A DNA stretch of 63,933 nt, counting the filler, from Mitosporidium daphniae (lineage: Eukaryota), in the NCBI RefSeq assembly GCF_000760515.2. It is 3 parts of 3 records of this genome, joined end to end, with 100 filler letters (N's around TTAATTAATTAA, not from the genome) between each part and the next. Parts side by side here need not be neighbours in the genome. Positions count along the whole stretch, not along the records: positions 1 to 21,800 come from NW_013546141.1; positions 21,901 to 43,669 come from NW_013546140.1; 1 more part is not named here. The stretch is one strand, 5' to 3'. Numbering within the stretch: the stretch's first letter is position 1; each line of letters begins with the position of its first letter. The notes under the pieces were generated by a model that made no database searches, was not told the DNA's origin, and was given only the letters and a program-made list of their open reading frames with translations. Shown here piece by piece: positions 11,408 to 22,605 of the stretch. The position numbers and the translations under genes were made by a program.

Positions 11408-11436
11408 TTAATTGTTTTAAATAAATTAAATTTTTA

Positions 11437-12024
11437 ATGTCGGCAGAATTCTATGGCATTTTGGGAATACCAGCAAAGTCTCCCGTTTCCATTGTCCAAA
11501 AAGCATACAAACAGGCCGCTTTACGCCTACACCCGGATAAGAATCGAAGCAACCCTAATGCTACAGAGAGATTTCATGCGATTGCGGAGGCATATGCTGT
11601 ACTTTCAGATCCTGCTGCAAAAGCTGCGTATGACGAAAAAATAGCCCTAGAAGAGGCGCGCCTAGCTAGACTGGCGCAAATGGATGAAAGACGAAGGGGT
11701 CTTCGCGAGTCTTTGTTGGCTCGTGAAAAACAAGCCGCTTCTTTTGCTGCAAATTTCAGAGAAAAGCCCGGGGAGGCTGAGCGGATGGCCGCTGCCAAGT
11801 TTCAAATGGAGCTTGAACGTGTCAGGAGGAAGCAATATAGAACCCAATCTGCCTTTAAACCGGACACTTCAACGGACGATCATGAAGCTGAAGATGTCTG
11901 CACTGTACATATTTTACCGCAAAGAAAACCGAACAGGATTATCATGCCATTTGTTGATGAATGCAAAGGTCTTTCTCTTGACGAGTATGAAGCTGTCACT
12001 TTTCAGAGGTTTAGGGCTCCATAA
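11437..12024 (+). CDS. CWC23: J-domain spliceosomal co-chaperone, Cwc23/DNAJC17-like (no RRM seen)
   Basis: J domain with HPDKN, then 'LSDPAAKAAYD...MDERRR.LR..L.ARE' and C-terminal 'YEAVTFQRFR', typical of DNAJC17/Cwc23. Confidence 0.72.
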   Translation: MSAEFYGILGIPAKSPVSIVQKAYKQAALRLHPDKNRSNPNATERFHAIAEAYAVLSDPAAKAAYDEKIALEEARLARLAQMDERRRGLRESLLAREKQAASFAANFREKPGEAERMAAAKFQMELERVRRKQYRTQSAFKPDTSTDDHEAEDVCTVHILPQRKPNRIIMPFVDECKGLSLDEYEAVTFQRFRAP

Positions 12025-12221
12025 TGGCCTCTTAAAACTGCATTTGTTATTTTATTAAAAATTCTTTCTGATATTTGCAATAATTTACCATTAGGTTATT
12101 TATTAAATTAAAATGGCGGTAGCAAGCCTACATGTTGTAAAGAAAATATACTTTCTGGCATGGCCCATTCACATGTAGCCTTAAAATGTTCAAGTAAATT
12201 TTATTTTATTTTAATCTGCGG

Positions 12222-13626
12222 ATGTCTACTTTGTATGTTGTTTCTTCTAAAATTCTCGATCTTTTAGCACAGGTAGAAACTTACAGTCTTGCCTCAGAAC
12301 CTATGAATGAGCAGGTTAATTATATTATCGTTGATGTCAATGAAAGTATTGTGGAGCTAGATGAAATCATCAAGGTGGCATTTGCTGATTTGCGGGCAAG
12401 ATACGCTGCTCGATTTCCTGAATTGGAGACAGTTAACATTTCTCTTTTGGAATATGCACGGTGTGTTATATTAATTGGAGATTCTCCCACTTTATCGAAC
12501 ATTAATTTTTCTTCCCTAATGCTTTCACCTTCTGCCATTATGATTTTGTCAATGTGCTCAACAACAACAACCGGAAAGGCAATTGACAAAGCTTCATTGG
12601 ATCGCTCCATTTACATTGCAAATTTTATCATCTCAGCGCTCGATGCAAAGTCCAAGGTAATATTTTCGAACTCTTAATTGTGTAGCTGCTGAATTTCATT
12701 GAAAGACAGATGTCCATAATAGCGCCATCGCTTTCGGCAATTATCGGTAGCTCCGTGGCGGCCCAATTAATCGGAGCATCTGGCGGGTTGAGATCATTGA
12801 GTACAATGCCCTCTGGGAATATTCAGGTGCATTATAAGCTAGTAACAACTAGGTTCTTGGATCAGCAATGCAGGCTTCTAAGCTTGGGATTGGAGGTGAT
12901 CTTGCTGGATTTTCCAAGTCCTCCTCTATGCATTCTGGATTTATTTCTCAATGCGATATTCTCAGAAACATCAATCAAAGCGAATATAAGATACGAGCAA
13001 TTAGATTGGTATCTGGAAAGTGCGCTCTTGCTGCTCGATATGATGCCGATCATTTGCGAGAAAACCTATCAATCAATCGAAAGCTACATCCCCAGGCGTC
13101 ATCGAAATATGGCGTTTCATTGCGGGCTGAGATTGAAAAGAAAATTGAAAAGATGTTGGAACCGCCTCCCATTCAAAAGCCTAAGCCACTTGCTGCCCCA
13201 AAAGAGCATGCTAAACAAAGAAGAGGAGGAAAACGTGTCAAAAAACAGAGAGAGAGCGTTGCTATTACAGAAATGCGTCGCCTACAGAACCGAATGACTT
13301 TTGGTACGATTGCCGAAGATGAGATTATCTATGGAGACGAGACGATTGGACTGGGTCAGGTTAAGATGGGGGATAATCGTGAGGGCATTATCGATGCGTA
13401 TTCCAAAATTGCCGCTCCAAAGGCTAATAATAAGGCAAGGGAAGCCCTCCTCAAGAAAGGCCGTGAAGTAACCTCCAAATTTTCATTTACATCTGGTATT
13501 ATATCTTCCCTCTCCATTAGCAATGGTCAGGGAATTCAGCTTCAAAACCCAGAAAAACCTGCCCACTCCTCCAACAGCGTTCTGAAAGGAATATTAACTT
13601 CTACAAAACTGTATAGTACCAAATAA
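12222..13626 (+). CDS. PRP31: U4/U6.U5 tri-snRNP protein Prp31; introns 12657-12685 and 12827-12852
   Basis: Y..RFPELE, IAPSLS.I.G...AA.L....GGL..LS.MP.GNIQVLG, KC.LAAR.D, RRGGKR, E.R..QNRM.FG. Confidence 0.92.
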
Positions 13627-13770
13627 ATTATAAAGTAAATGTTAGCAGAGGCCCTCAAAAAAGATCTTTAAACCGTGCCATTGTGCAAATATATACATAC
13701 ACAGCTGCGAGCTTGGATTGTATTGAATTCCTCTCATCACCCCTGTAGCAATAAAAATGACGATCCAGAA

Positions 13771-14883
13771 TTAAAGCTTTAATAATTTAATTGTTTCCTG
13801 GGCTCGTTGCCTGGCGTTGGCTTCCCCAACAAGCAATATCTGTTGCACGATTTTTTCATCACATCTTAAGAGCTCTATTTTCGCTTTAATAGGCTGCAGT
13901 GTTGATATAATAGAATCTGTCAGTGATTTTTTAAATTCTTGAATCGATGCAAACTTGGTAATATCAGAATGAGATCCATTAACCGCGCTATAAATGGTAA
14001 TCAAGTTTGACATTGCAGGTGACATTTCTTTGAGCGGAATATCAAACCTTGGGTTTGATTCCGTAAGCGCACTCTTAATTTTCGAGTAAATAACATTGTG
14101 GTCATCGTCAATGTTAATGCGAGAAAAATCATCAGGGTCGGATTTGCTCATTTTCTTATTTGGGTTGTTCAAACTCATCACCCTGCCACCCTTTTCTTTT
14201 GGAGTTATAAGCGGTTGTGGGATCGGAAACTCCCGCATGGACCTTGACTGCTGAAGCTTTTTGGCCAAAAATTTACATAATTCAAGATGTTGCATTTGGT
14301 CTTCTCCGATAGGAACATGGGTAGATCTTGAGAGAATAGCTCAAGTTAGTTACCTGTACAACAGAATGTCTGCAGCTTGCAAAATTGGATATGTGAGAAT
14401 CCCAGCTGATACAGAACCTGTCCCATTCGGATGCACTTTTCGTCGTTCCTATTATTAGATTAATGAGGGGGGAGGGGCTACTTTGTACTGTGTCATCCTT
14501 TCCAATCTTCCAAGCGAAGTCAAACATGATAAAACCCAAGCTAATAAGGTATGCTCTGGGATCTAAAGGGCATTAAACAAATATAAAAGACGCACCTGGC
14601 TTTGTCTAAAAAGAGAAAAAGGAAATTCCCTTGGATCCAATCCACAGGCAATCAATTGAATGGCAGCAGAAATGTTATTTTCACTTGAGATTGTCCATGA
14701 CGTGGAGGTTAGAGCATGCAAGTCAGCCAAAGAAAAATATATATTATGAGCTTGTTGCGGGCATTTATTTTCGCCATTTAAAGTGAATTTTGATGAAATT
14801 AATGAAACCCAAGGGCGAATAGCACCGAGATAGTTTCCTAAATGTAGTCTTCCAGTGGGCTGGATTGCCGAAAAGAGAATCAT
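13771..14883 (-). CDS. MSW1: Mitochondrial (bacterial-type) tryptophanyl-tRNA synthetase, 3 short introns
   Basis: SAIQPTG.LHLGNYLGA (HIGH-like), YPILQAADILLY, VPIGEDQ.QH, KMSKS after manual splicing. Confidence 0.93.
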
Positions 14884-14956
14884 AAGATAGTATGTAGATT
14901 TGTCTAATTATATTTAATTAAATATATTATTAATTCTAACTGGAAAATTGTTTCCA

Positions 14957-15028
14957 TCCGCATTGGTCTAGTGGCTAGGATTTCACGCTCTCACCGTGAC
15001 GGCCGGGGTTCGATTCCCCGATGCGGAA
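14957..15028 (+). tRNA. tRNA-Glu (CTC)
   Basis: TCCGCAT/ATGCGGA acceptor stem, TCACG-CT CTC AC-CGTGA anticodon arm, GGTTCGATTCC T arm, T-run after the 3' end. Confidence 0.97.
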
Positions 15029-15032
15029 ATTT

Positions 15033-15354
15033 TTATTTCAATCTAGTAAAGCCACCTCTCAAGTTAATATCTTTGGGTCGAAGCATTTCCTCCTCGCTGG
15101 AAACAGAACCCTTGTTGCTCCTATTCGAGTGGTAGGTAGAATACATTGAATATCCATCTAAAAGTTTAACCGCTTTTGACCTTACATACACAGAGGACAA
15201 ACCCTGTCAACCCTACAAGCGTAAGGTTTAGTCGTAGCTTTTGAGGAATGTCAAGCCAACGGCTAAAGATTGGAATTCTGGAGGCTTTGCTTTGCTGGTT
15301 GAGCTGATGGTCATGTGGAAAAAATGCTTTTGAGGGGAAACTATATTGGCTCAT
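15033..15354 (-). CDS. Small single-TM protein resembling cytochrome c oxidase assembly factor Coa3; 28-nt intron 15158-15185; 97 aa
   Basis: Splicing GTAAGG...TTTTAG joins ORF 15166-15354 to an open second exon, giving '...KLRLNLTLVGLTGFVLCVYGYSMYS...', like the Coa3/CCDC56 TM motif N....GL...V..IY.YT. Confidence 0.55.
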
Positions 15355-15403
15355 TAAGATTTTAAAAAATGCCTTTCTTTTATTAATTAGCTGATTGCAA
15401 GTG

Positions 15404-16537
15404 TTAAACCTCTGTTTTCCCTCGAATCCCAGTATCTTCTGCTAGCTGGTAGTTAGCAAATGGCGTGTTTTGAAATGCTTGATATGGTAATGGTTTAGGG
15501 GAAACCACTTGCTTCCAATTGACAGGATGCGGTGTCATTATCTGGCTTTCCGGGCCGTTAGTGTTATAAGNCCTTTGAAATTGATTATAGCCCATACATT
15601 GTACATTATGAATCCCGAGAAATGGCGGCACCGAAAATATACCAGGATACACGGGTATAGGTAAATGTTGGTTAGGAGGAATATTTTCCAAATTTGACCC
15701 ATAAGGAGAGTGATCTTGATGGTATAAAGAGTTCGGCGTAGTTTTGACAATCTCTTGCTGGCTTGCTGCATCGGCATTAATTTTTTCTTCTGAAGTGGGG
15801 ACCTAATTTTTATATAATTTTCCGAATACCTCTTCCGACTCCGCCACGTTCAAACACTCTTGGATCATATTTTTGCCCTCTGATTTGGTAACCATCGGCT
15901 GGAATTTTGGCGTTGCGAATGTATAAATATGACCAGATTCAGATGCCACGAGCAACAAAACTTGCGTTCCGGTCAATGTACTCAACTCATAGGCCTTTTT
16001 CATGATTCCCGTTCTACGTTTTGAGAAAGTGATGTTTCTTTTGCTTCTATCCTCTATAAATTCTATTTTAATTTTTCTTCGCCCGTTTCGTTTTTCAGAT
16101 CGCAAATAAGGCTCCGCATCAGAATCATCGCAATCATCTGAGGGTATTTGAAATTCCGGATTATCCCTTCGAGAGATATCTTTAGACGAATTGTCGTTGT
16201 TTTGGCTTGGCTTAATCGAACAAAATAGCTTGTTTCCATGCTGTGGTACGCCCTGTCTAAAAATTGTTTCCTTTTGAAAATATTCGGGATGCACATTATT
16301 TTTCGTCATGCAAGCCATACTAGAAAGAATAGGGTTGTTGCTGCCCATCGAAAATGGTGATGTTGCAGCAGAGGAGGCGTTCGAGTGAATAAAGGTTTCA
16401 TTGCCAGTAAATGTATTTCCATTTCCTTGGATGTTTGGATCATGAAAGATGCCAAGAAATGAATTCTCAATATTTTCTGTTACGGGCGGCGTAATGACTG
16501 CCGCCTGATGTGGAACGGTTGATGTCTTTGGTATCAT
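15404..16537 (-). CDS. MCM1: SRF-type MADS-box transcription factor (Mcm1-like); 27-nt intron 15803-15829
   Basis: GRRKIKIEFIEDRSKRNITFSKRRTGIMKKAYELSTLTGTQVLLLVASESGHIYTFATPK; splicing joins ORF 15404-15691. Confidence 0.9.
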
Positions 16538-16879
16538 GCTCAGGTTAATTTTAGCAATGTATAAATAGAAATGCTTTAAGACACACTTCTCCTGAAAAGG
16601 ATGGCCTGATTTGGATCGTAGATATATCTTGAAAAATTGTTGATATTTATAGAAAGGGAAATGTACGTATAGAGATCTAAAAAAGGAAACTATGCCGTGT
16701 CGTAAATGCAGAAAAATGCGAATTGCTTGTCCTTGTAATTAATTTAAATTTAAATATGAATCCAACTGATATGGCCCAATCATTTTCTTGTGATCAAAAG
16801 CCCTCTATTTAAATTGTTTCATTCAGTAATATGTACATTTCCGGTATAATGTTCAAATAATTAAATTTAAAATTTAAGA

Positions 16880-19115
16880 ATGACAAATCTTGTCGCTCTT
16901 CCACAAGATGTCGTCAATAAAATAGCGGCTGGCGAGGTTCTTCCAGAATCATTTATAGGATAGATCATACACAGCCCCGTTCAAGTAATAAAGGAATTGC
17001 TAGAAAATTCTATCGATGCCAATTCATCTGCCATCTCTATTATTGTAAAAAACGGAGGACTATCTAGGATCAATATCACTGACGATGGCCACGGCATCTC
17101 GAAGGATGAGCTTCCAAAACTATGCCAAAGATTTAATACATCTAAAATCCGGTGCTTTGCTGACCTTCAAAAATTGGAAACCTTTGGATTCAGAGGTGAA
17201 GCGCTTGCAAGCATCAGCTACGTATCTCGTCTTTTGATAACAAGTCGATGCGAAAATAGTTCCGTTGGATATAGGTACTCAATTCGGAACATTGTAACCA
17301 TCAGGGCCGAATTTTCTAATGGAAAATTAGTGGAGCATTCATTTAAGCCAATTGCTGCGAACAAGGGAACTCAATTCACCGTACCAGTGGCTTGGCATTA
17401 ATTGTTAGGTGGAAGATCTTTTTTACAACTGCCTTCAAAGGAAATCTATGCTGAAGTCCCCTAATGAGGAATATTTGAAGATTGTCCGGCTTGTGCAGTT
17501 ATATTCGATTGACAGGTGTGGGATATCTATCAGTTTGAAAGCCGTAAGCGAAATGTTTGCTACAATGCTAAATTAGGATACAGGGCGTAACTTTGACATT
17601 CTGACAAACTTAAATCTCTCCAAGGAGGAGAAAATCGGAAAAATTTATGGTGATCAATTGGTGCAGTCCTTGATCAAAATTGAGCAATCGTGTACTTCTC
17701 CTCCTTTGAAATATGAGATGTATTTTTCGAATCCAAATTTCCATTTGAAAAAATTGGAGTTTATTTTATTCGTCAATGGTAACAGTTTTCTTCCCATTTG
17801 TAGGCAGGCTTGTTGAAAATAAGGCACTAAAGAAGGCATTTTCCGACTTTTATGGTACCATATTGCTTAGGCACACACACCCATTTGTATATTTAAAGCT
17901 GGGTGTTGATCCCCATGATATTGATGTAAATGTGCACCCAACTAAAAGCGAGGTAAAAATACAAGATGGTGATTTTAAAGGTCCTTCTATTAAATGAGTC
18001 GGAGATAATCAAGCATCTTATGAGCGAGTTGGCCAATAAAATTTCTTCCTCGGGCCGCTCTAAAGTGTTCCAGGTGCTGAATGCATCTCAAAAACCACCT
18101 TCGTTGATGTGTGCACCGAAAAGCTCATCGATTTCTTCTAGCCCTGTTACGAAGGTTCGAACTAGCCCAGCTTCGCCATCTCTTCTCCGTTCATTTAGTC
18201 CCAAAATTCAACGAACCTCAACGTCCGGGTACTTACTAGCTAGTTTAATTCTGATAGGTCAATTTTAAGAAGACCTTCGGTTAGCTGTGAGCTGGATAGT
18301 GTCAACAGTATTCTTTGTAAAATAATCCAAAACTGTGATTTAGGTATGCACTTCCCCTATCCCCTATCCCCTATCCTTTATCCTTTATCCTTTATCCTTT
18401 ATCCTCTATCCTTTATTCCTTTTACTCTGATCTTAGCGTTCAAAGAACAGGTTAAAAAAATTTGCTTTGTTGGATGTATCGATGGTCACAATTCCATTTT
18501 CCAGATCGAAACCACGCTTTATATGCTCAACCATTCGGCCTTATTGTAAGGTGAATTTGTCATTTTAGTTTTGACTATTTTTCCTTTTTTATTTTGAAAA
18601 ACCTCTCTTGTTTGCCCATAATTGAACTGGAATCATCAAAATATGTTGACATTTCTGCGTTGGACAGCTGCAAATTTCGACCTTTATTGTCAAAATCGGA
18701 TATTTTGGATGCAAGAGAGATGTTAGAAGATTATTTTTCATTAAGGATCACGGATGACGGACTTGTGACTGGCCTTCCAATACTTCTCCAGAATTTTCCA
18801 CTTGAGTATTTTGATGCCAAATCATTCATGGTCTCTTTTATGTCATATTCTACCATTAATTGGGATGATGAAGAGGAGTGTCTTTTTTCCATTGCCAAAT
18901 CTCTTTCCCATGCATTCTCAGCAGCGGTTATTTCAAGACTTACCGACACCTTGGCTTTCGATCAAATTGGAAGAGAATATTTTGAAGTGCACCTAGTCCC
19001 ATTGTTACGTGACGGAAATTATTTTTATCCGTCCAAGTCTGGGATCACCACTACTTCATCCCTCAATAGGCTCGCTGACCTGAAAGAACTTTACAAAATA
19101 TTTGAGAGATGCTAG
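16880..19115 (+). CDS. MLH1: MutL homolog Mlh1, about 9 introns
   Basis: VVNKIAAGE, KELLENSIDA, TFGFRGEALASIS, DVNVHPTK.EV and the diagnostic C-terminal YKIFERC*. Confidence 0.96.
18354..18416. repeat. Nine tandem 7-mers CCYYTAT inside MLH1 intron 18344-18436
   Basis: CCCCTAT x3, CCTTTAT x4, CCTCTAT, CCTTTAT. Confidence 0.9.
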
Positions 19116-19148
19116 CCAAAAATGTTTAGCAAATTAATTTATTAAAAT

Positions 19149-21800
19149 TTAAAAAAAAGGCTTTTCCCTTTTTTTAGGCTGAACATTACCATTACCGCTA
19201 CCACTGCCTAAGGCCACTTCGCCTGAAGAGTGAGAAATAATGGCCTTCATGATGGATATGTTTTTCCCAATCAAATCTCTTTCGGCCTTGAGCTGCTCAA
19301 AGCCTTTGTATCTGAGGTGAAGGATTGTAGGGTAAATTTCTTTGCAATGAATAAGTTGTGGAGCATGTAAAACGAGAATCAAATAAATCAGCTTCGAGCC
19401 TAATTAAATCAAAACAAAAAGACAAACCTAACAGCGCTGCTCCAAAACTATTCGGCGAGCATTCTTCTCTTTTCTTGACAAACCATTCCTCAATGATTTT
19501 GATGAAAGAAATGAGTGCCGGAAGAGGCAACATCAAAACAGCCTGCTCCAAGTCGGCCATTGGGATTTTACGGACAATTTCAAGAACGACTTTGGTACCG
19601 GGAAGCATCTTTGGTCCAAACTCCATCGTGGAGGTGGAATTCATACTTAAGGCATAAGCATGCAAAAGAGGACGCCTCTGGAAAGAAAGCCCAGATTCGC
19701 TCGAGATTGATGGCAATTGGTTTCTTAACTCTTCGAGTTCAAAATTTTCTATGGCTACAAGCGTAATGACTTCGTATAGCTTTTCCGATGATTTGATACT
19801 CTGGAGTGACTTTATCGTGGAGGGGGTGAAAAAGTTCGAATTGACTGCTTGGTCTCCACCATCAACCATATTTCCTTCAAGCGTGAGTTTGGAAAGAGCA
19901 TCGCCTGAAATTGCTCCGGAATCTTCATTTAGCAAATCAGCAGCAACCCGCTCGTCTGCTTCTTTATCTCTCTCATCCTCAATGAAAATCTGCAAAAATA
20001 AAATTCATCAGCTTACTTGTTCCTCTGATCTATCCCACAGACGGCAAGATCTATCAAGACCGCCGGCAGAAAACAAAAGCTTTCCTTCAGGCGATATAGC
20101 GAGGGCGGTTACTTCGGAATGATGGCCCTTGAGCGTAGTGATATGCTCAAAAGTGTCTCCATCCCAGTATTTAATTGTTCTATCTTTTGAACTTGTTATG
20201 AGGAGATGTGTCTTTGGAATCCAAAGAATTGCTGTAAGGGCCTCTGAGTGCGCGAAAATAGACTTGTGGCAGTCGCCAAAATCTAAGCCCCAAATTTTGA
20301 AGTTTTTATCAGACGAAGCGGTAGCAATCAGATGACCATCTGTGGAAAAGTCCATGGCAGTCACAGGCAGTTTGTGTCCATATAAGGAAAGGAAGAACTT
20401 GAGGGTGTCTCTGTAGTATATCCGCACGGTGCAGTCTATCAGAGATACAGCAATAAATTTCGTATCATGCGACAAAGCAATGGATACAATGGAGTCTGAG
20501 GCTTCTTCAAGTGTTCCAATGTGAAGGAAAACGGGAGAACCTGTGTTTGACCTACCGATGCTCCAAATGTAAACAGAGGAGCTATCGCTAGTAATCATGA
20601 TGTCTAGTTTGACTTTAATGCTCAAAATTGATGAGCCAGGCACTGCTGGTGGATACCTTTCGGCAATTCCATTCGTCGCCGTATTGACAATAAAAATGTT
20701 TCCGATCTTATCACCTACAACTAGCCATTCTTTGGAGAGAAGCGTGCCAGCAGTTGGCGATGCTTCGCCAAGATCCTTACCAAGTATGGTGGCTGTAGAT
20801 TTTCCTACTATCGGATCCCATAATTTGACCATCTCCGAACAACTAGTGGCAAAAAGCCCAGCAGAGTACGAGATCCATCCGATTCCTGACCTGTGACCAT
20901 GGCCTTCAATTGAATGTTCGATATCAAGCGATATTTTACCCTCCGGGATGTTAGCATCTTTAAAAAGCTTCCAAACCTGAAGAGAATTAGAAAACGTGGA
21001 CAGCAAAATTTTCATCTCAGAGGTTCCGTTTCCAAGGGAAACGGATCGAATTTTATGCGAGGCTCGCAAATTTGTAATAAATTGGAATGTGTCAGAAAGC
21101 TCTATGAGCGACCCCTCTTTTGTGGGGTTTCTCTTTTTCCGTCTGGCGGATTTCTTCTTCAAAGCTTCGTCATCCAAGATCCGATAAAGCTCGATGCTCT
21201 TGTCAAACGAATGAACATAAAGGATAGAGCCGCTGATATCCATAGAGACGACCCTTTCTTTACTTGGAATCGATCGTTCTACTTTTCCAACGTCCTTTAA
21301 AAGGGTAGATGATGTCGATGAAAATGAAAAATTCTTTTCAATTTCAAAGATGCGGAAATGAGAGTCAATACAACCTGTAAAATAAAGCAAAAAAATAAAA
21401 GGTACCCGTTACAAGCAAATTTTGGCTGAGAAGAACTACAAAGGAGCCAATGGGATGTTCTTGAACAACAGTTTGGAAGCAATGTTGGATGGAGATATCC
21501 CAGGCCTTAATTTGGGTATCTTTGCTTGAGCTAATGAGAAGAATAGGAGAGAGGAAAGCCAGTTTAGTTATTGCAGCACTATGGCCTTTAAGTCTGGCTT
21601 GTCCAGACTCTGAAGTGGTATCCCAAATTACAATGTCCCCATCTTTAGACCCAGAGGCAAGTAGAAATGATGTGGGGTTCCAGGCCATTGAGCAGACCGG
21701 GCTCACGTGTCCCCTGAGTACTACCCTGAGGGTACCTGAAATATTCCAAATACGGATGGATCCATCACCGTACCCATCGGAATATTCTTGAAGAGAAAGG
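19149..21800 (-). CDS. DIP2: WD40 SSU processome protein Utp12/Dip2 (WDR3), 5' end lost at the contig edge
   Basis: DTLKFFLSLYGHKLPV, DKNFKIWGLDFGDCHKSIFAH, C-terminal LEQAVLMLP; short introns link the ORF pieces. Confidence 0.93.
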
Positions 21801-21900
21801 NNNNNNNNNNNNNNNNNNNNNNNNNNNNNNNNNNNNNNNNNNNNTTAATTAATTAANNNNNNNNNNNNNNNNNNNNNNNNNNNNNNNNNNNNNNNNNNNN
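21801..21900. other. Artificial contig-joining spacer (N-run with TTAATTAATTAA six-frame stop linker)
   Basis: 100 bp; the same structure occurs at 43670-43769. Confidence 0.97.
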
Positions 21901-21903
21901 CCG

Positions 21904-22425
21904 ATGATAAAGTCTCTTTTGGATCTGATATACACCGACTCCTTTGTATTGCAAGGTCGAAAGCCGGAAATCTTCTCCCTTTCTTTTGTGTTTATCGCTT
22001 TGTACGCATATTTTACTTTGCCATCTGAGCTGCATAATTTATGCACCAAAGCTTGCAAGCCAAATTTAGTCACGAAAAGATGGGTTTTGCTTTGTTTTGA
22101 TGAGATTTCAAATTTTCTCGTAAAATCCTTTTCCATTCTCAAAGTGCATACCCACCATTTGGATCCCTATCACTTTTTGGTTTATTTACCTTCCTTGCTC
22201 AAGTTTGTTCCACTTGTGTCCTACTGCCTTCTGCATCATGCCATTGCAGCATCTCCCAAAAAGGAATCAAACCCTCGCTCTCGCTATGTTCAAAAATTGA
22301 AATGGCCCAAGAATGGGTTGCCAACCTCTGCTCAAACTCTTCACCTGTTACATTGGTGTCAACTAGATCTTTGGCGACGGGCCCTTCATGTTCTTTCCCA
22401 CCTGATTATACGCATGTTCAAATAA
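21904..22425 (+). CDS. 5'-truncated TFIIB-family cyclin-fold protein, BRF2-like (tentative)
   Basis: 'LLDLIYTDSFVLQGRKPEIFSLSFVFIAL' matches the GR.P....A..F.A motif of the second TFIIB/Brf cyclin repeat; downstream spacing resembles BRF2. The 3' end is uncertain. Confidence 0.35.
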   Translation: MIKSLLDLIYTDSFVLQGRKPEIFSLSFVFIALYAYFTLPSELHNLCTKACKPNLVTKRWVLLCFDEISNFLVKSFSILKVHTHHLDPYHFLVYLPSLLKFVPLVSYCLLHHAIAASPKKESNPRSRYVQKLKWPKNGLPTSAQTLHLLHWCQLDLWRRALHVLSHLIIRMFK

Positions 22426-22605
22426 GATATTTGCTGCTTAATAACGCCACACTGTCCATCATATCAAATTTTACTATTGCTGGCATTAATTCCCTGGCAA
22501 GTTCGTTCAAAGCCAATATGACGCTTTAAGGCTTCTGAAGTTGGCATCAAAGGAGAACTGTGTTCCAAATTTAGCCCTGAAATTTTTATTCCTTAATAAG
22601 CGGTT

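Noticed and set aside
18346..18436. YPLS/FIL peptide repeats in ORF 18346-18549
   Set aside because: Translation of the intronic 7-mer array, not coding.
16880..19115. Apparent frameshifts or pseudogenisation in MLH1, GSH2, APL4, SNF12, MSW1, EHD3 and others
   Set aside because: The breaks I checked are resolved by short canonical GT-AG introns; no recoding or alternative genetic code is needed.
21801..21900. Palindromic TTAATTAATTAA inside N-runs (also 43670-43769)
   Set aside because: Artificial six-frame stop linker used to concatenate contigs; gene adjacency across it has no biological meaning.
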